Shown here piece after piece: positions 44,101 through 56,770 of a stretch of DNA of 64,000 nt. Origin of the DNA: Guillardia theta CCMP2712 (Eukaryota > Protista > Cryptophyta); the NCBI RefSeq assembly GCF_000315625.1, contig NW_005434605.1:376273-440272 (forward strand), written 5' to 3'. The position numbers and the translations under genes were made by a program. The notes below the pieces were generated by a model. It did not search any database. It was given only the letters and a program-made list of their open reading frames with translations, and had not been told where the DNA came from. The number at the start of each line of letters is the position of its first letter. Within the stretch, counting starts at the first letter, position 1.

Positions 44101-47100
44101 CCAGCAGGCTGCCAGGAGCTTCATCTTCGCCGTCCGAGCCATGAGATCGACGAGCATTGAACCTCAGCTGATCCCCAGCTTGAGCCTGTTCGGGAAGACG
44201 ATGAGCTCGAGCTCCTACTTCTCTCTCGTTGCTACTGCCAGCGAATCTTCCGCACAGCAGCAGAAGCCCTCCTGGTCCTCAGCCCCCTCCTCACCCTTGC
44301 AGCAGCAGCGGCGGCAAGAAATCTGCCTGCCGTCGTTCCGACAGATTTTCCGCCCACTGAACATGCTTCTTCCCGACCTGCTTACCGTCGCCTGTATCTG
44401 CCTGATGGAGCAAGGATTCCCCGACGCTGCGAGCTTGGGGAAGCGAGTTCACGACTTCTTCCTCCTCGCCCGCAAGTCGCTGAGCGAGTGTCGGCACTAC
44501 CAGTGGAACGGGGAGCTGCTGCGAAAGATCATCAGGGTATCCGGGCAGAAGAGGAGAGAGATACTGTCAGAGACGTTGCAGACGACGCGCGAGGGAGAGG
44601 CGGAGAAGGAGAAGCAAGACTCCTTGCAGATTCTCGGACAGACAGCGCTCAAGGTCCTCCAGCCGCAGCTGCTCGAGCAGGATAAGTACACCTTTGCGCT
44701 GCTTGTCGACCTGCACCTGCTCAGCCCTGAGAAGGCTGACGAAGTGAAGGCGAAGGAGGAGGAGACGGGGGAGCGCGAGGGAGAGGTCTCAGGTATCAGC
44801 CCCCCCTCCACCATGGCGGCGAGTTTCAAGGGAACTCTCGACCCCTCTGACGCCTCGCAGCCCGCGAGCGCGTCGGTTGAGCTGAACCTGCAGGCAGCGG
44901 CGGGGGAGCTGCAGCTGGAGCTGAGCGAGGACTTCTACAGGCTGTGCGTGCACTTCACCACCTTGTCAGCTCACTTCCCAGCTGTTATCCTCCTCGGCCC
45001 TCCTGGCTGCGGCAAGTCCTCCATCGTCCGCACATGCGCAGTGCACAAGAGAATGTCCAAGGTGCCGGTGTCGCTGAGGACGGTGACCTGCAACATGATG
45101 GAGGTGCGCGAGCTCTACGGCTTCTTCCCCGACAAGTCCATGCGATGGCAGGACGGCATTCTCTCCTCTGTCCTCCGTGACTTGAGCGCTGCTGCCCTCG
45201 CCGACCCCAACTCGCAGCAGTGGCTGCAACTGGACGGAGAACTGCATCCGTCATGGAGCGAGCCCATGGGAGAGGCGCTGGAGGAGGAGGGGGAGGTGGT
45301 GTTGCCTTCGCATGAGAGGATCGTCAAGCCCCAGCAGGTCAAAATCCTCTTCGAGGGGACCAGCCTCAAGCATGCAGACCCCAACATGGCGGCGCGATGC
45401 GGCATCCTCTACGTGCCCCCGAGCGAGGATGGCTGGACCAACACGACGAGATGCTGGATGAGGGGCATCGACGACACGGAGATCTTGTCTCTCTTAGGAG
45501 ACCTGCTGGGCGATGCGCATGACGACCTGCTCCCCAGCGCCATCAAGTTTCTCGCACGGGAGTGCACGTTTGCTTCTGCAGCACGAGAGGTAGACGGAGG
45601 CTCCGTCAACGCGCTTGCTCAGATGTTCTGCTCCATCCTCAACGGAACAGACCTGATCAAGAAGACGGAGAGCGAAGCTGACAGCCATCGCGGCGGCGTG
45701 AAGGGCAACGTCTCCATGCTTGACGCGCTGCCAACCAGGAGCCAAGAGGCTTCCTTCAACGAGAAGAGAGTCGCGTGGCTGGGGAACCTGCTGATCTACT
45801 CCATGCTCTGGAGCTTCGGCGGGCTGCTAAACAAGGACTCGAGGTTGAAGTTCAGCTCGTGGACGCGAGGAAAATTGATGGAAATGGAGGGGAACAAGGA
45901 GCGCTTGAAAACGCTGATCAGTTTGCCTCCTACCGGCAACTTGTACGACATGTACTATGACGTCGCCGACTCCACCTGGAAGGTCTGGAGCGACTCGCAG
46001 CGGGAGCATCACTACCTGACCGGAGGGAACGAGGAGACCAACTCCGAGCTCTTCCTCGTCGCCCTCCCGCAGACCATCGCCATCCAGAGCTGCCTCTCGC
46101 TGGTACACAAGGCGGGCCATCCCTTCATGCTGCATGGATCCGTCGGCTCCGGCAAGTCTGCCATCCTCACCGACTTCTTGTCGTGCCTGGACCCGGAGCA
46201 GACGATCAGCGCGAAAGTTCCCGTCACGGGCAGCACCCGGCCGCGAGACCTGCAGGCGGCCATGGCGGTGGTGCTGGAGCACAAGAGCGGGAGGCTGTTC
46301 GCTCCCAAGGGCACGAAGCGAGTCACCTTGTTCGTGGACGACCTGCACCTGGTGCGCAAGGACGCGAGCGGGATGAAGCGAACGCTGGAGCTGCTGCGGC
46401 ACATCCTTGACAACGGCAACTGGTTCGACCTGACCCTCTGCGCCGAGTGCATCCTTCAGAACTGCCTCTACGTCGCCGCCATGTCGCCATCGCTGACGTG
46501 GGTCGAGGATGGGAGACTGCGCCGTCACTTCGCCTGCCTGCACGTAGAGGAGCCAAGCAAGGAGGCGCTGCAGGCCATCTACAGAAACATCGCTCTCTCC
46601 ATCTTCCGCGTGCATGACGCTGAGGTACAGCGGATGGCAGAGCCGTTGGCGCACACGTCAGTGAAGCTCTTGATGGACTTGTCGTCTGTCTTCACGGCCT
46701 CCAACGATCGCCCTCACTATCTCTTTAACCAGCATGACCTCGCCAAGATCTTCACCGCCCTTCAAGCTCGCTCAGACCTCTGCTCCTCCCCAGTCTCACT
46801 CGCGCAGGTCTGGGCGTTCGAGTGTCACTGCGTCTTCATCGGCAGGTTGACCAGCCACGACGATGTGAACATGAGCACGAGGATCATCTCCCGCGCCGTC
46901 GAGACCATCGACGAGCATCTGGGGCTGCGAGAATCGCAGACGGAGACGTTGAAGAAGACTTCCTTCCTGTGCGTGCGAGAGCAGGGCAACGGCCTCACTG
47001 TGCTCCCCGTCCACGAGCAAGCCGATCTCCAGGCGAAGATCGTTAGCCATCTGAGCGACTCCTTCCCCTCCCTGGGGGTCCCCTGCTCCCGCACCCCCTC

Positions 47101-50100
47101 GCTCGTCGACTTTCAGAGCATGGCGGCTCTCTACGCAGAGAGCATCGCCAGCATCTCAGTTGCTCTCGGACAGCCCGGGGGGCACGCGCTGCTGCTGGGG
47201 CCAAGGGGGAGCGGGAAGACGACCTTGAGCCACGTGACTGCCAGGCTGTGCGGCCTGACCCTCGTCGACCTCTCCTACGACCCTGACAAGGAGGAAGAAG
47301 CGAACCTGCGCAGCCGCCTATGCGACCTCTACTGGGACGCAGGAATCAACCGCGTGAGCATGGCGGTGCTCGTGAAGGTCAGAGGCAGGTCGTCGCACCG
47401 CATGCTGTCCTACGTGAGCGACATGCTCAACGCTGACGGGTACGCGCACATGATCTCCTTGTTTCCTGACTCGCGGCGGAACGAAATCTTCGCGTCCTTG
47501 AGAGGAGAAGTGCGTAAGCAAGGCCTGGTTGACACCCCAGAGAACTGCTGGACTATGCTCAAGTCGATGGTCAACGCGAACCTGCACGTGATACTGAGGG
47601 TGTCGGTGAGCGAGAGCTCGTCGCTCCTCCAGGTCTTGTCCTCCTTCCCCGCCCTGGTCTCCCGGATGTCCGTCCACTGGGTCGGGAACTTCGTCTCGGA
47701 CAACCTGCAGGCCTTCGCAAAGCACTACCTGAGGAGCGTGTGGGAGGGCGAGGAGGACGAGGAGCTGACGGTGCAGGCGGCCCGACACATGTCGCTCGTC
47801 CATCACGCGGCCAGCGAAGCAGCGCGGCACGACCACGAGAGACACTCGCTAGCGCTGCATCCTGCCTTGTCTCCCTCCCTTCACAAGGATCGTTCGCAGC
47901 TCGCCTCCTCGCAGTCGGTCGCTCCCTTCACCTGGTACAACCTTGCCTTCGTTAGGATCTACCAGGAACGCAGTCGCTCTCTCCGTGACAAGTGCGACAT
48001 GGCCGGCCGCGCCAAAGTGAAGCTTGAGAGTGCACTGGCTCGGCTCAACGACCTGGAGACCATCATCGAGGACCAGAAGCAGGTGGTGGAGCAGAAAAAG
48101 ATCGTCGCCAACCGCCTCCTCGCGCAAGTTGGTCAGGAAACGGCGCTGCTGGACGAGCAGCGAGCGGTGCTGGTGGAGGACGAGAAGAAGCAGGGAGCGC
48201 TGAGCGAGGTGCTGTCGGAGCTGCAGGCCAACCTCAAGGAGCGAGTCGATCTCGCGGCTCCGCTGCTGGAGAAGGCTGAGTCAGGACTGAACCGGCTGGA
48301 CTTTTCCAACTTGTCGGAGCTGCGAAGCATCACCAGCCCTTCAGAGAGCTTGCTGGCTGTCTCCCGCTCCCTCGCCATCCTCCTGACGCAGCGAGGAAAG
48401 TCTCTGCCGGAGGTGGAGATGCTGGTGTGGAAGGAGGTCAAGAAGATGTTCTCGAAGGTCGACTCCTTCCTCAACCTCCTGACTCGCTTCAACGTGAAGG
48501 ACGCCAACGCTGACGCAGTGCGGGTGGTGGAGGAGGAGTATCTGGTGCTTGCAGTGTTTGCCGAGGACGTGAAGGATCCCCCGGTGGTTTCAGGGCTCAA
48601 GACGTGGGTGACCAACATCATCGCCATGTTCCACATCTACGAGGAGATCAAGCCCAAGCAGCACGAGCTCAACATCCGCAGCAAGGAGTGGGAGCTGATG
48701 GCCGCCAAGGTCGCCGACCTCTCGACGCGCGTCAAGACGTTGGAGTCGCGGCTGACGGAGCTCATGGCCAACTTCCAAGACGCCACCGAAGAGAAGAACG
48801 CCGCAATCAAGACGCTCGAGGACCTGGCGGCAAGCTGTGAGATAGCTGGAAGACTCGCCAAGGCTGTGACGAGCAGCGACGTCAACCCGATCGAGGAGGC
48901 CAAGGAGAAGTACGACAGGCAGCTGCAGTGCCTGCTGGGGGACTCGCTTGTCGTCGCGGCGATGGTGGCGTATGCGGGAAGGCTGGACGTGATGGGACGG
49001 CGCTTCTTTCTTGAGGAGAGCGTGGAAGCAGATCTGAGAGCTCAGAAGCTCCCCCTCTCCGAGGGCTCTGAGCTCAAGCTGCAGGCCCTCGTGCGCACAG
49101 CGACGATCGCCAAGTGGCACGTGGAGGGGCTGCCAACGAGCCGCTTCCTTCTCGAGTCTGCCATCATTGCGCTCTACTCGCCTGCTTGGCCCCTCCTGCT
49201 CGATCCCGAGGGTGTTGGTCTCCGGTGGACCATCTCGCTCCATCGGGAGGAGAGCCAGAAGCGAGGAGGAGAGGCTGAGTGCGTGGTGAGGAAGGACGAT
49301 GACGTGGAGCTGGTCAGGACGATGAGACTCTGCGTCAGCACTGGCAAGACTCTCGTGGTGCATGGGACGCTGAGGCGACTGAGCGGCGACTTGTGCTCCC
49401 TCCTGCATAGGAAGCTGTACATGCTCAAACGAGTTGCGGTCGTCGACCTCGCAGGCGAGCCTACGGTCGTGCACCCTGAGTTTCGGCTTGTCTTGGTAGC
49501 GGCGTGCGATCGAGATCGTTTTGAGGAGGAGCTGGAGTCGGCGACGACGCAGATCAAGTTCTCGAGCAGCTTCTCAGGCATCGTCCGAGAGAGGATCCTT
49601 GAGATGGTGATCCGGCTTGAAATCCTCGAGAGCTCTGCCAACTGGCTGGGCCTGCTGAGTCGTCGCCACAAGATGTTGCAGGTAGGACGTCATACCTGTG
49701 TGTGTGCAAGAGGCTGACGCGATGGCAGGAGAAGCAGGAGCTTGAGATCTCCATCCTCCGCATCCTGGGGGACAAGGAGGGTCAAGTGCTGTCAGACGAG
49801 CGTGCGAAAACCGTCGGAGATGACTTGGGTAAGATGTTCCAAGTGAACTCACAGCTCCACGAGACGATCTCTGAGAACAGGCGAGAACCTTCCTCTTCAA
49901 TTTCTCACCATCAACATGACGCTCCTCCCTCCCTCCAACCCTCCATTCGCCCCCTCCTTATGATCCTTATCCTCATCCTGTCGAATCAAACATAATGACC
50001 TGACTAGTCAGTTTGCAGGGCAATCAATGCTTTCAAGCATTCTTATCGCAAAGTTGCGATGGCAGGAAGTTTGCTCATCAAGACAGCGATGCAGCTTCAG

Positions 50101-52895
50101 TCGATGGATGCGACCTACGTCACTTCAGCTGAGTTCCTACTGAGCATGATGGAGGACGAGATCAAGCGAGGGTCGGAGAACTTTGAGCAGGTCGAGATAG
50201 AGACTCTCTTCGACGAGACGTGGAACGAGCTTCCTGATCACGGTTAAGCCACCGCACGTGAGAGAGGAGGGCTGAGGATGCTGCAGGTGTGCGGAGAGAG
50301 TTTGAAGCGAGCGAGTTGTTCCTTTACCAAGACAAGGAGGGCGGGGAGACGAGGAGCGGAGAGACGGAGATGACGCAGACGATGAGGTCCGGCGAGGTCA
50401 GCTTCCAGGATTCCGGCCAAGAGGAGCAGAGGAGCAGCGAGGGGGACGAGCTCGGGGAGGATGCTCCCGCTGAGCTCCTCGAGTTCCCGGGCTTCGTTGG
50501 CATCCCCGACATCGAGCTGAGGGTGGAGGCTCTGAGCCGAGCCGTGTGGCGTAGCATCGCCCGGTCGTGCGGGATGGGGATGAGGGCGGAGGACGTGCAG
50601 CTGTTGAGCTTGTTGGCTGCCATTCATCTTCACCTGCAGACCCTGACTGACAGGGGGGCGCGAGCGGCTGACCTTGAGCTCCTCGACGCCTTCTGTCACT
50701 TCCAGACCAAGTTGCACAGCTCCAACGCTCTGAACGCGACGATAACGAAGATGGAGGAGGAGGAGTTTCCGACGTGGATGTCCGAGAGGAGCAAGCACAG
50801 CATGAGGCAGCTGGCTGCGCTGAAGAGGAAGGGACTTGTCTTCCAGGAGGTCCTCCACTCCTTGCAAGACTTCAAGCCGCTCATGCAGCCCCGTGACCCC
50901 TCGACCCTCCTCCTTCCCGACCGATGGCAGAAGCAGCTCAACCCCATGGAGCGATGGATCCTCCTCCTAGCCTTCCGCCCAGATGCGACCAGGGCAGCAT
51001 GCGCCCGCTTCTCCCGCGAGATTCTGTGGGGGGCAGAGGAGACTGTTCACCCCAGCAACGACCTGACCGTGCTGGACGGAGCTTTCTCCTCCTCGCGGCC
51101 CCTGGTCGTCCTCCTCTCGTCCCCAGAGATGTTCGACACAGCTTACAACCAGCTCCTCCGCAAGTGGCCGCTCCTGGAGCTTCTCTCGATGAGCAGCATG
51201 CAGGAGAGGGAGGGAGTGATGGCGATCGAGACTGCGAGGAGGAGCGGACGACCTGTCATGGTGGAGAATGTCCAGCTGCTCACCAACTGGGAGACTCTCG
51301 TCTTTGAGTCTGCGGCCTTTCCGACGTCAGAGAGGCGGGGGGAGGAGGGGGGGGCTGATGGGTTCCGCCTCATCCTTCTCTTCTCGCTGGACTTTGTGAG
51401 GGAGAGTCTCCAAGGTCCGACACTGCAGCTCGAGGCCCCGCAAGCGCTTCCTCTGAGACATGGCCTCCTCAACCTCCTCCGTCGCAGCCCCCGACTTCTG
51501 TTTGCTCCTCCTACCTCGGTCAAGCGCAACTTCATCGAGAGCATCCGCTTGGCGGCTTTGCGTCAGTCAGAAGGGGAGGAGGAGAGGGCGACGGTGGGAG
51601 GAGAGAACGAGGCTGAGCGGAAGATTCTCGCCGCCAAGATTGTCTTCTCTCTCGCCATCCTCCACAACGTCTGCCGAGCGAGGAGCGCGCGCTCCTGGAG
51701 CTGCTTTCACCCTTTTGCTTCTCTTGCCACGCAGGACTTCGGCCTTGTCCTCTCAACTTCCCTCCAGCTCATGCAGAGCAAGCGAGTGCTTCACTCGAGC
51801 TTGTGGCGAGAGCTTCGCTTCCTCGTCCTCGAGGTTCACTACACTCCTTTCCTCTCCGATGCCTGGCAACGACACGCTCTGGAGCTGCTTGTCGGTTTGA
51901 CTTGTCCCTGGAACGCGTTTGAGGGAGCGTCCAAGGACTCGGCGATGGGGTTCCTGGAGGGAACGACGATGGACGTGGAGGCGGCGAGGGAGGAGGTGAC
52001 AGACTTCGAGACGATCGCGTCCTTTGCGACGAGACCTCAGCAGCTGCGGATGGAGGAGGTGATGGTTGAGCTGGAAGCCTCATGGGCAGTAGCAGAGGAG
52101 ATGCCAGCAGATCTCGCTGGGGGGATCAAGTTGGGGGACATGGAAGACGAGCTGCTACAGGAGGTGCAGAAGGGAGTGGGGGACCTGATCTTCAGAAGGA
52201 AGAAGCGAGAGATCAATCGACAAGACAGAGCCAAGATGACGCTCGACGAGCTGCAGGAGCGACTGCCTGTGCTGCTTCCCCTCCCTCAGGGTGCCATCGA
52301 GAGCGATCTCTTCTTCCAGTTCTTCGCTAGAGAGCACGCGGCTCTCACCTCCCTCCTCTTACAGATCGCGAGGACCAACAACTTGCTGGAGTTGGCGCTA
52401 GACAGGCAGGGCCAATTCGAGGAGTCGACGGACACGGTCATCGACAGCTTCTGCCATGATCGCATCCCCTCCGAGTGGCTCTCCCGCTCCTACCCAACCT
52501 GCCGGCCCCTCGGCTCGTGGTATAGCGATCTTATCCTCCGATGCGAGATGATGGACGACTACAGCAGAAAGGTCCTTCTCCATCAGCACCACCACCACCT
52601 CCTCCTCCTCCTCTTCCTTCCCCTCTTTTTGCATTCCTCAACCTTCTATCCCACTTGTCTGCTCGCTCTGAGTGTCAGAAGCAGAAGCAGCTTCCTCCAG
52701 TGGTCTGGCTGGGAGGTTTCTTCTTCCCGCAAGGCTTCGTTGCTGCCGTCATGCTCCACCTCGCCACCAGCCTCAGCATTCCACTCCCTCAGCTGGAGCT
52801 CAGGACAGAGGTGAGAAGAGTGGCGGTTACTGACCGTTGCTCACTTTGCAGCAGGTCCTCAGAGGCTCTTTCGAAGATTTCCAGCAGCAGGCCGC

Positions 52896-52958
<63 letters not shown>

Positions 52959-53317
52959 CATCGTCATCTACGGCCTCCACTTGCTTGGCGGGCAGTTCGA
53001 TGCGGAGGTAGTCACATGCTGCTTGAACTTCAACTGACGAGTGATAGGAGGGCAAGCTGACGCACGTCACCTCGCCGACTCACTCTCTTGAGCTTCCTCC
53101 TATCCGCCTCTCTCCCGCTCCTTCCAACAGCACAGCAAGTCATGTCTGCATCTTCAAGCCGCTCGACCCTGCAACCGGCAGCTCCTCCGTATCCCTCCCA
53201 GTCTATCACACAACGCAGCGAGCTGGGCATGTGATAACGATGGAGTTGGAGGCGAAGGAGGGGAGGGAAGCATGGTATCTCAGCAGCGCCGCCCTGGTTC
53301 TCGACAGCTGGCAGTAG
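38160..53317 (+). CDS. Divergent axonemal-type dynein heavy chain-like protein (~4800-4900 aa) with degenerate AAA1
   Basis: Tail (GKTLLPLP, VHVLESCVVTWT, LRVNFD..LLRETKYL), linker (RQRHWKQL, RDQFPRLHLLSDEQLL), AAA2 GPPGCGKS, AAA3 GSVGSGKS/LFVDD, AAA4 GPRGSGKT, stalk/MTBD, WPLLLDPEG, VVWLGGFFFPQGF and a dynein-type C-terminus (PVYHT..WYLSSAALVL-stop). Confidence 0.9.
52899..52955 (+). repeat. (CAG)n encoding a poly-Gln insert in the dynein C-terminal domain
   Basis: In frame just before GIVIYGLHLLGG, the conserved dynein G.Y..GL.L.G segment. Confidence 0.8.
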
Positions 53318-53465
53318 AGCTCAGCAAGTTGAGCATCCTTGTATATACAAACTAGTTGACCTCGCGATCCTCCTGCCCCACTCTCCTTCTCTTCTACTTC
53401 CCCCTCATTCACACCGGCTACCCCAGCAGGAGCACTGAAGAAAGATCCCATGACAGAGAAGGACG

Positions 53466-56104
53466 TCAGACTATCGCCCAGAGCGCGTAGGGGCGAATCT
53501 TGGCGTGAGACCCTCCAGGCTTCTCGAACGTGAGCACCTTCGCCTTGTCAGCTCTCACCTCCCCGAGCCCGCACCGTCACCTTAGAGAGATGCGCACACT
53601 GGTGGGTGCGGAGGACGAAGCCGGCCTCCTGGTAGATCTTGACCTGGAACCCTGCTGAGAAGGCAGCCAGCAAGCTGCAGGCAGGAGGCGCAAGGAGGAG
53701 CAGAGGTACCAGGTCAGTGTTCTCGAAGTAGCTCATGTAGTAGGGCTCGTGGTAGTTGGCAGGGAAGCGCTTGCCGATGTGGTCTCGTTCAGGAATGTCT
53801 CCCTTCTGAAAGGAGTCGGTGATGACGGCGATGCCTCCCGGCTCGAGCACGCGGAACATCTCCGAGGCCACCTGGGGAGCGTCAGGGAGGGGAGAAGCAA
53901 GTGAGCGTCTGACCTCCTTCCTCACAGGGAAGGGAATCTCGTGAAACAAATAAGTGCACGTCACTATGTCAAATTCCTCGTCATCAAACGGTAAATCTTC
54001 TGCTTTTGCCTGCGCAACCATAACGCAACAACCTCGTTGTTGCTTCCTCGCGCTACCTGCACAAACTTGGGGAACGAGATCTCCCGCCCTGTGACCGATC
54101 GCGTGTACTCTGCGAAGTACTGCATGTTCTCTTCCGCTACCTGCTCAAAGTCAGCAAGTCTGTCGCTGCGATTCGCTTCTAATCTCCTCCCTTATCTCCT
54201 CTCCCTCCCTCCCTCCCTCCCTCCCTCACCTGAAGGTAATAAGGTGACAGATCAGAAGCAACGGACTCGATCGTTGGCCAGTTGTCTTTGATGAAGGTGT
54301 GCAACCTGTCATTCACTTCACCCTCCCTCCATCGTCACCTGCCCTCACACCTGCCAGTCCCACACGCCACCTCCAACAGCTTCATTTCATGCTCCTCCTT
54401 GATGCCTTTCAGAAGCGAGATGTGCTCACTGACAGACACAAAGCTCTGCCGCTGCATGGCGTCCTGACCAATTTGTGAGGACAGGTAGCTCAAGAAATGC
54501 AACGGAGGGGCAGAGTAGAGATAGGCTACCTGCGAGCCGGAGAAGAGAGATTCAGTTGTATATTCATACGTCCTCGCACTCTTCGTCGACAACCAACCAT
54601 CGGTTTGCCAGTGGAAGTTCTGCAGGTAATAATCGGGATACTGACTGAGGTCTCCGAGAAGGTATCTACCCACAGACCACATCACGTCAGTGTCAGGGGG
54701 GCGAAAATGACTGGACATTCATACAGATATGAAATCTATGCGGGAATCAATAAAATGCACATGAAAGCAATTCCACTCAATGGAGATGACATGATTTGAA
54801 ATGGACACAGAGGTGAACCAACACACTTTGATCTAGACTCACCGATCGTTGAACAAGTCTTCGTCTTCCCGCAGCGGGTCGTTGACGATCACAACCCCGC
54901 CAAGGGCCTGAGCCTCTCGCAGAAGCACTTGTCTCCTGACCTCTCGCTTGCCTCCTTCGCCCTTGGCTCGCCTGGGTCAAAGTCATCTTGCAACCACTGG
55001 CGGGTCAAGAACCGCAAGGCGGCACATCCAACACACCTCGAGCCCATGAGGATGGCTTCGTTCAAGGTGTCGAGAAATTTTTGCCGAACGTAGACAGGGT
55101 TAAACTGTCGGTGCCTCAAGCTCGCGTCGTAAGGGTAGCGATAGATGCCGTAGACTATATTCATGCAGTCCCTCCGATAAAGCTCGAAGATACTGCCAAA
55201 CAATCTTCCAACCTGCAGAAGAGGCAGCCGTCAGGTGCTACGTCACACCTAACGCATCACTCACTCTTTCCGCTGACGGGATCTTGGTTGCCGACTTGAA
55301 CTCTCCGCTGCTCTTCTTCTCGCCGCTCATAGCAATGCGCTTTAGAGCAGCAGCAAGCTCTCTACGATAGTTTTTGCCATAGACCCAGGGCCTCCAGTCA
55401 GGCTCAACCTTCATCTGCAGCAGGGCTGCCAGCACGTTGGATAGGAAGAAGAAGAGCGTGCGGCCGGTGTGATAGATCCAGTAGTTGCGCTGTTGCGGAT
55501 CCTTGAGGGCGCGAGCTACAGACGGTTCATCGAGTAAGTTGAAAAGCTCGTTGAGGCTGAGAGGAATCCTCATGGGAATCCAGCGATCTCTCGGGTGGCC
55601 CTGCAGGTATAAGGTTTGTTGAGGTTTCGCATGTCGCCAAGACTGCCTCCATTGCTCTCTCTCGTCTTCTGATTCAGGCGTTTCGAACTCATGAAACCGA
55701 GATCTAATGGCGGGAGTCACTCTTGACCCTCCGCTCTTGTTTTTGTCATTCTCGTGTAGCAGGGTGGAGGCATCATGAACTATAACAGGTGCGCTGCTGC
55801 GTTCTTGACTGCTCAGGAACACAGCATGCTGGCTGTCTGAGCCATCAGCTTCTACATCACCTTCACGCGACTGTTGTGCAAGATCCAGCGCATTCTGTTC
55901 CGAAGCAAAGATCAGAGTTGCGCTTCTCCGTCGAGCAGTCCCTCTAACGCATCGGCTGAGGAGGAACTGCTGAGCTCTTTGTCGGTTGAATCGACTACAA
56001 TCTGACGAATGAGGACAACTCAACGGCGACATTGCAAAACGTGAGAAAGCATCCAGCGAAACGCATTTGACAGCAAGCAAGAGCGCGGTCAGCAAGAGAT
56101 TCAT
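53466..56104 (-). CDS. Plastid-targeted class I SAM-dependent methyltransferase, multi-exon
   Basis: Signal peptide ending SLDA-FSRF; YPDYYLQNFHWQTDGWLS; motif I LLEVACGTGR; AEDLPFDDEEFDIVTCTYLFHE; EMFRVLEPGG. Confidence 0.85.
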
Positions 56105-56391
56105 ACGTGTTGGGCGCGAATGAACTCACAGGGCCTCATTGAACATCTCCAACTCCCCACTGCGCAATGCCTGCCGGTCATTTCAGACATGTGTTCATTT
56201 GTTTCACCACATTGCTCAGATCTTTTGCCTCTCCTCTTTCCGTAGTAGTAGTACTAGTACTCCCCCAGCTCCCCCTGAACACTTCCCCTGCTCCTGCTCC
56301 TGATCCCCCACCTTCCAATGCTCCTGCTCCTGCTCCCTCGGTCCCCTCGGTCCTGCTCCTGCTATCAATTGTAATCAAACTGCTTCTCCTG

Positions 56392-56472
56392 CTCCCTGCC
56401 CTCCCTCCTCTCCCTGCCCTCCCTGCCCTCCCTGCCCTCCCTGCCCTCCCTGCCCTCCCTGCCCTCCCTGCT
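56392..56472 (+). repeat. (CCCTGCCCT)n 9-mer tandem repeat, intergenic
   Basis: Read directly. Confidence 0.88.
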
Positions 56473-56770
56473 CTCCGTCTTGTTCTCTCTGCTCCTCCTG
56501 CTCCTCCTGTTGCCAACGAACCCCTGCATTTGCGAGTTGCTTTGCCCAAACTCAAAAGCCTCTACCCTACCCCTCTTGATAAAGTTGACTACCCCTCGTT
56601 TTGTATAAATCGACCCCACCTTCCTACTACCCCCACCCCCTCCATTCCCCATTGGTCTCAGGGAGCTGCTTTGGATGTCTGTCTACATTTTACAACTGAA
56701 AAAAGAAAGAAAGAAAGAAAAAGAAAGAAAGAAAAAAAGCTGCTCTCCGATTGAATTTCAGCCTCATCTC

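Noticed and set aside
38348-49900. Many long antisense and alternate-frame ORFs over the dynein gene
   Set aside because: Expected shadows of high-GC3 coding sequence.
56167-56754. 195-aa Pro/Ala/Leu-rich ORF
   Set aside because: Kept open by a 9-mer tandem repeat and low complexity; lies between two minus-strand genes.
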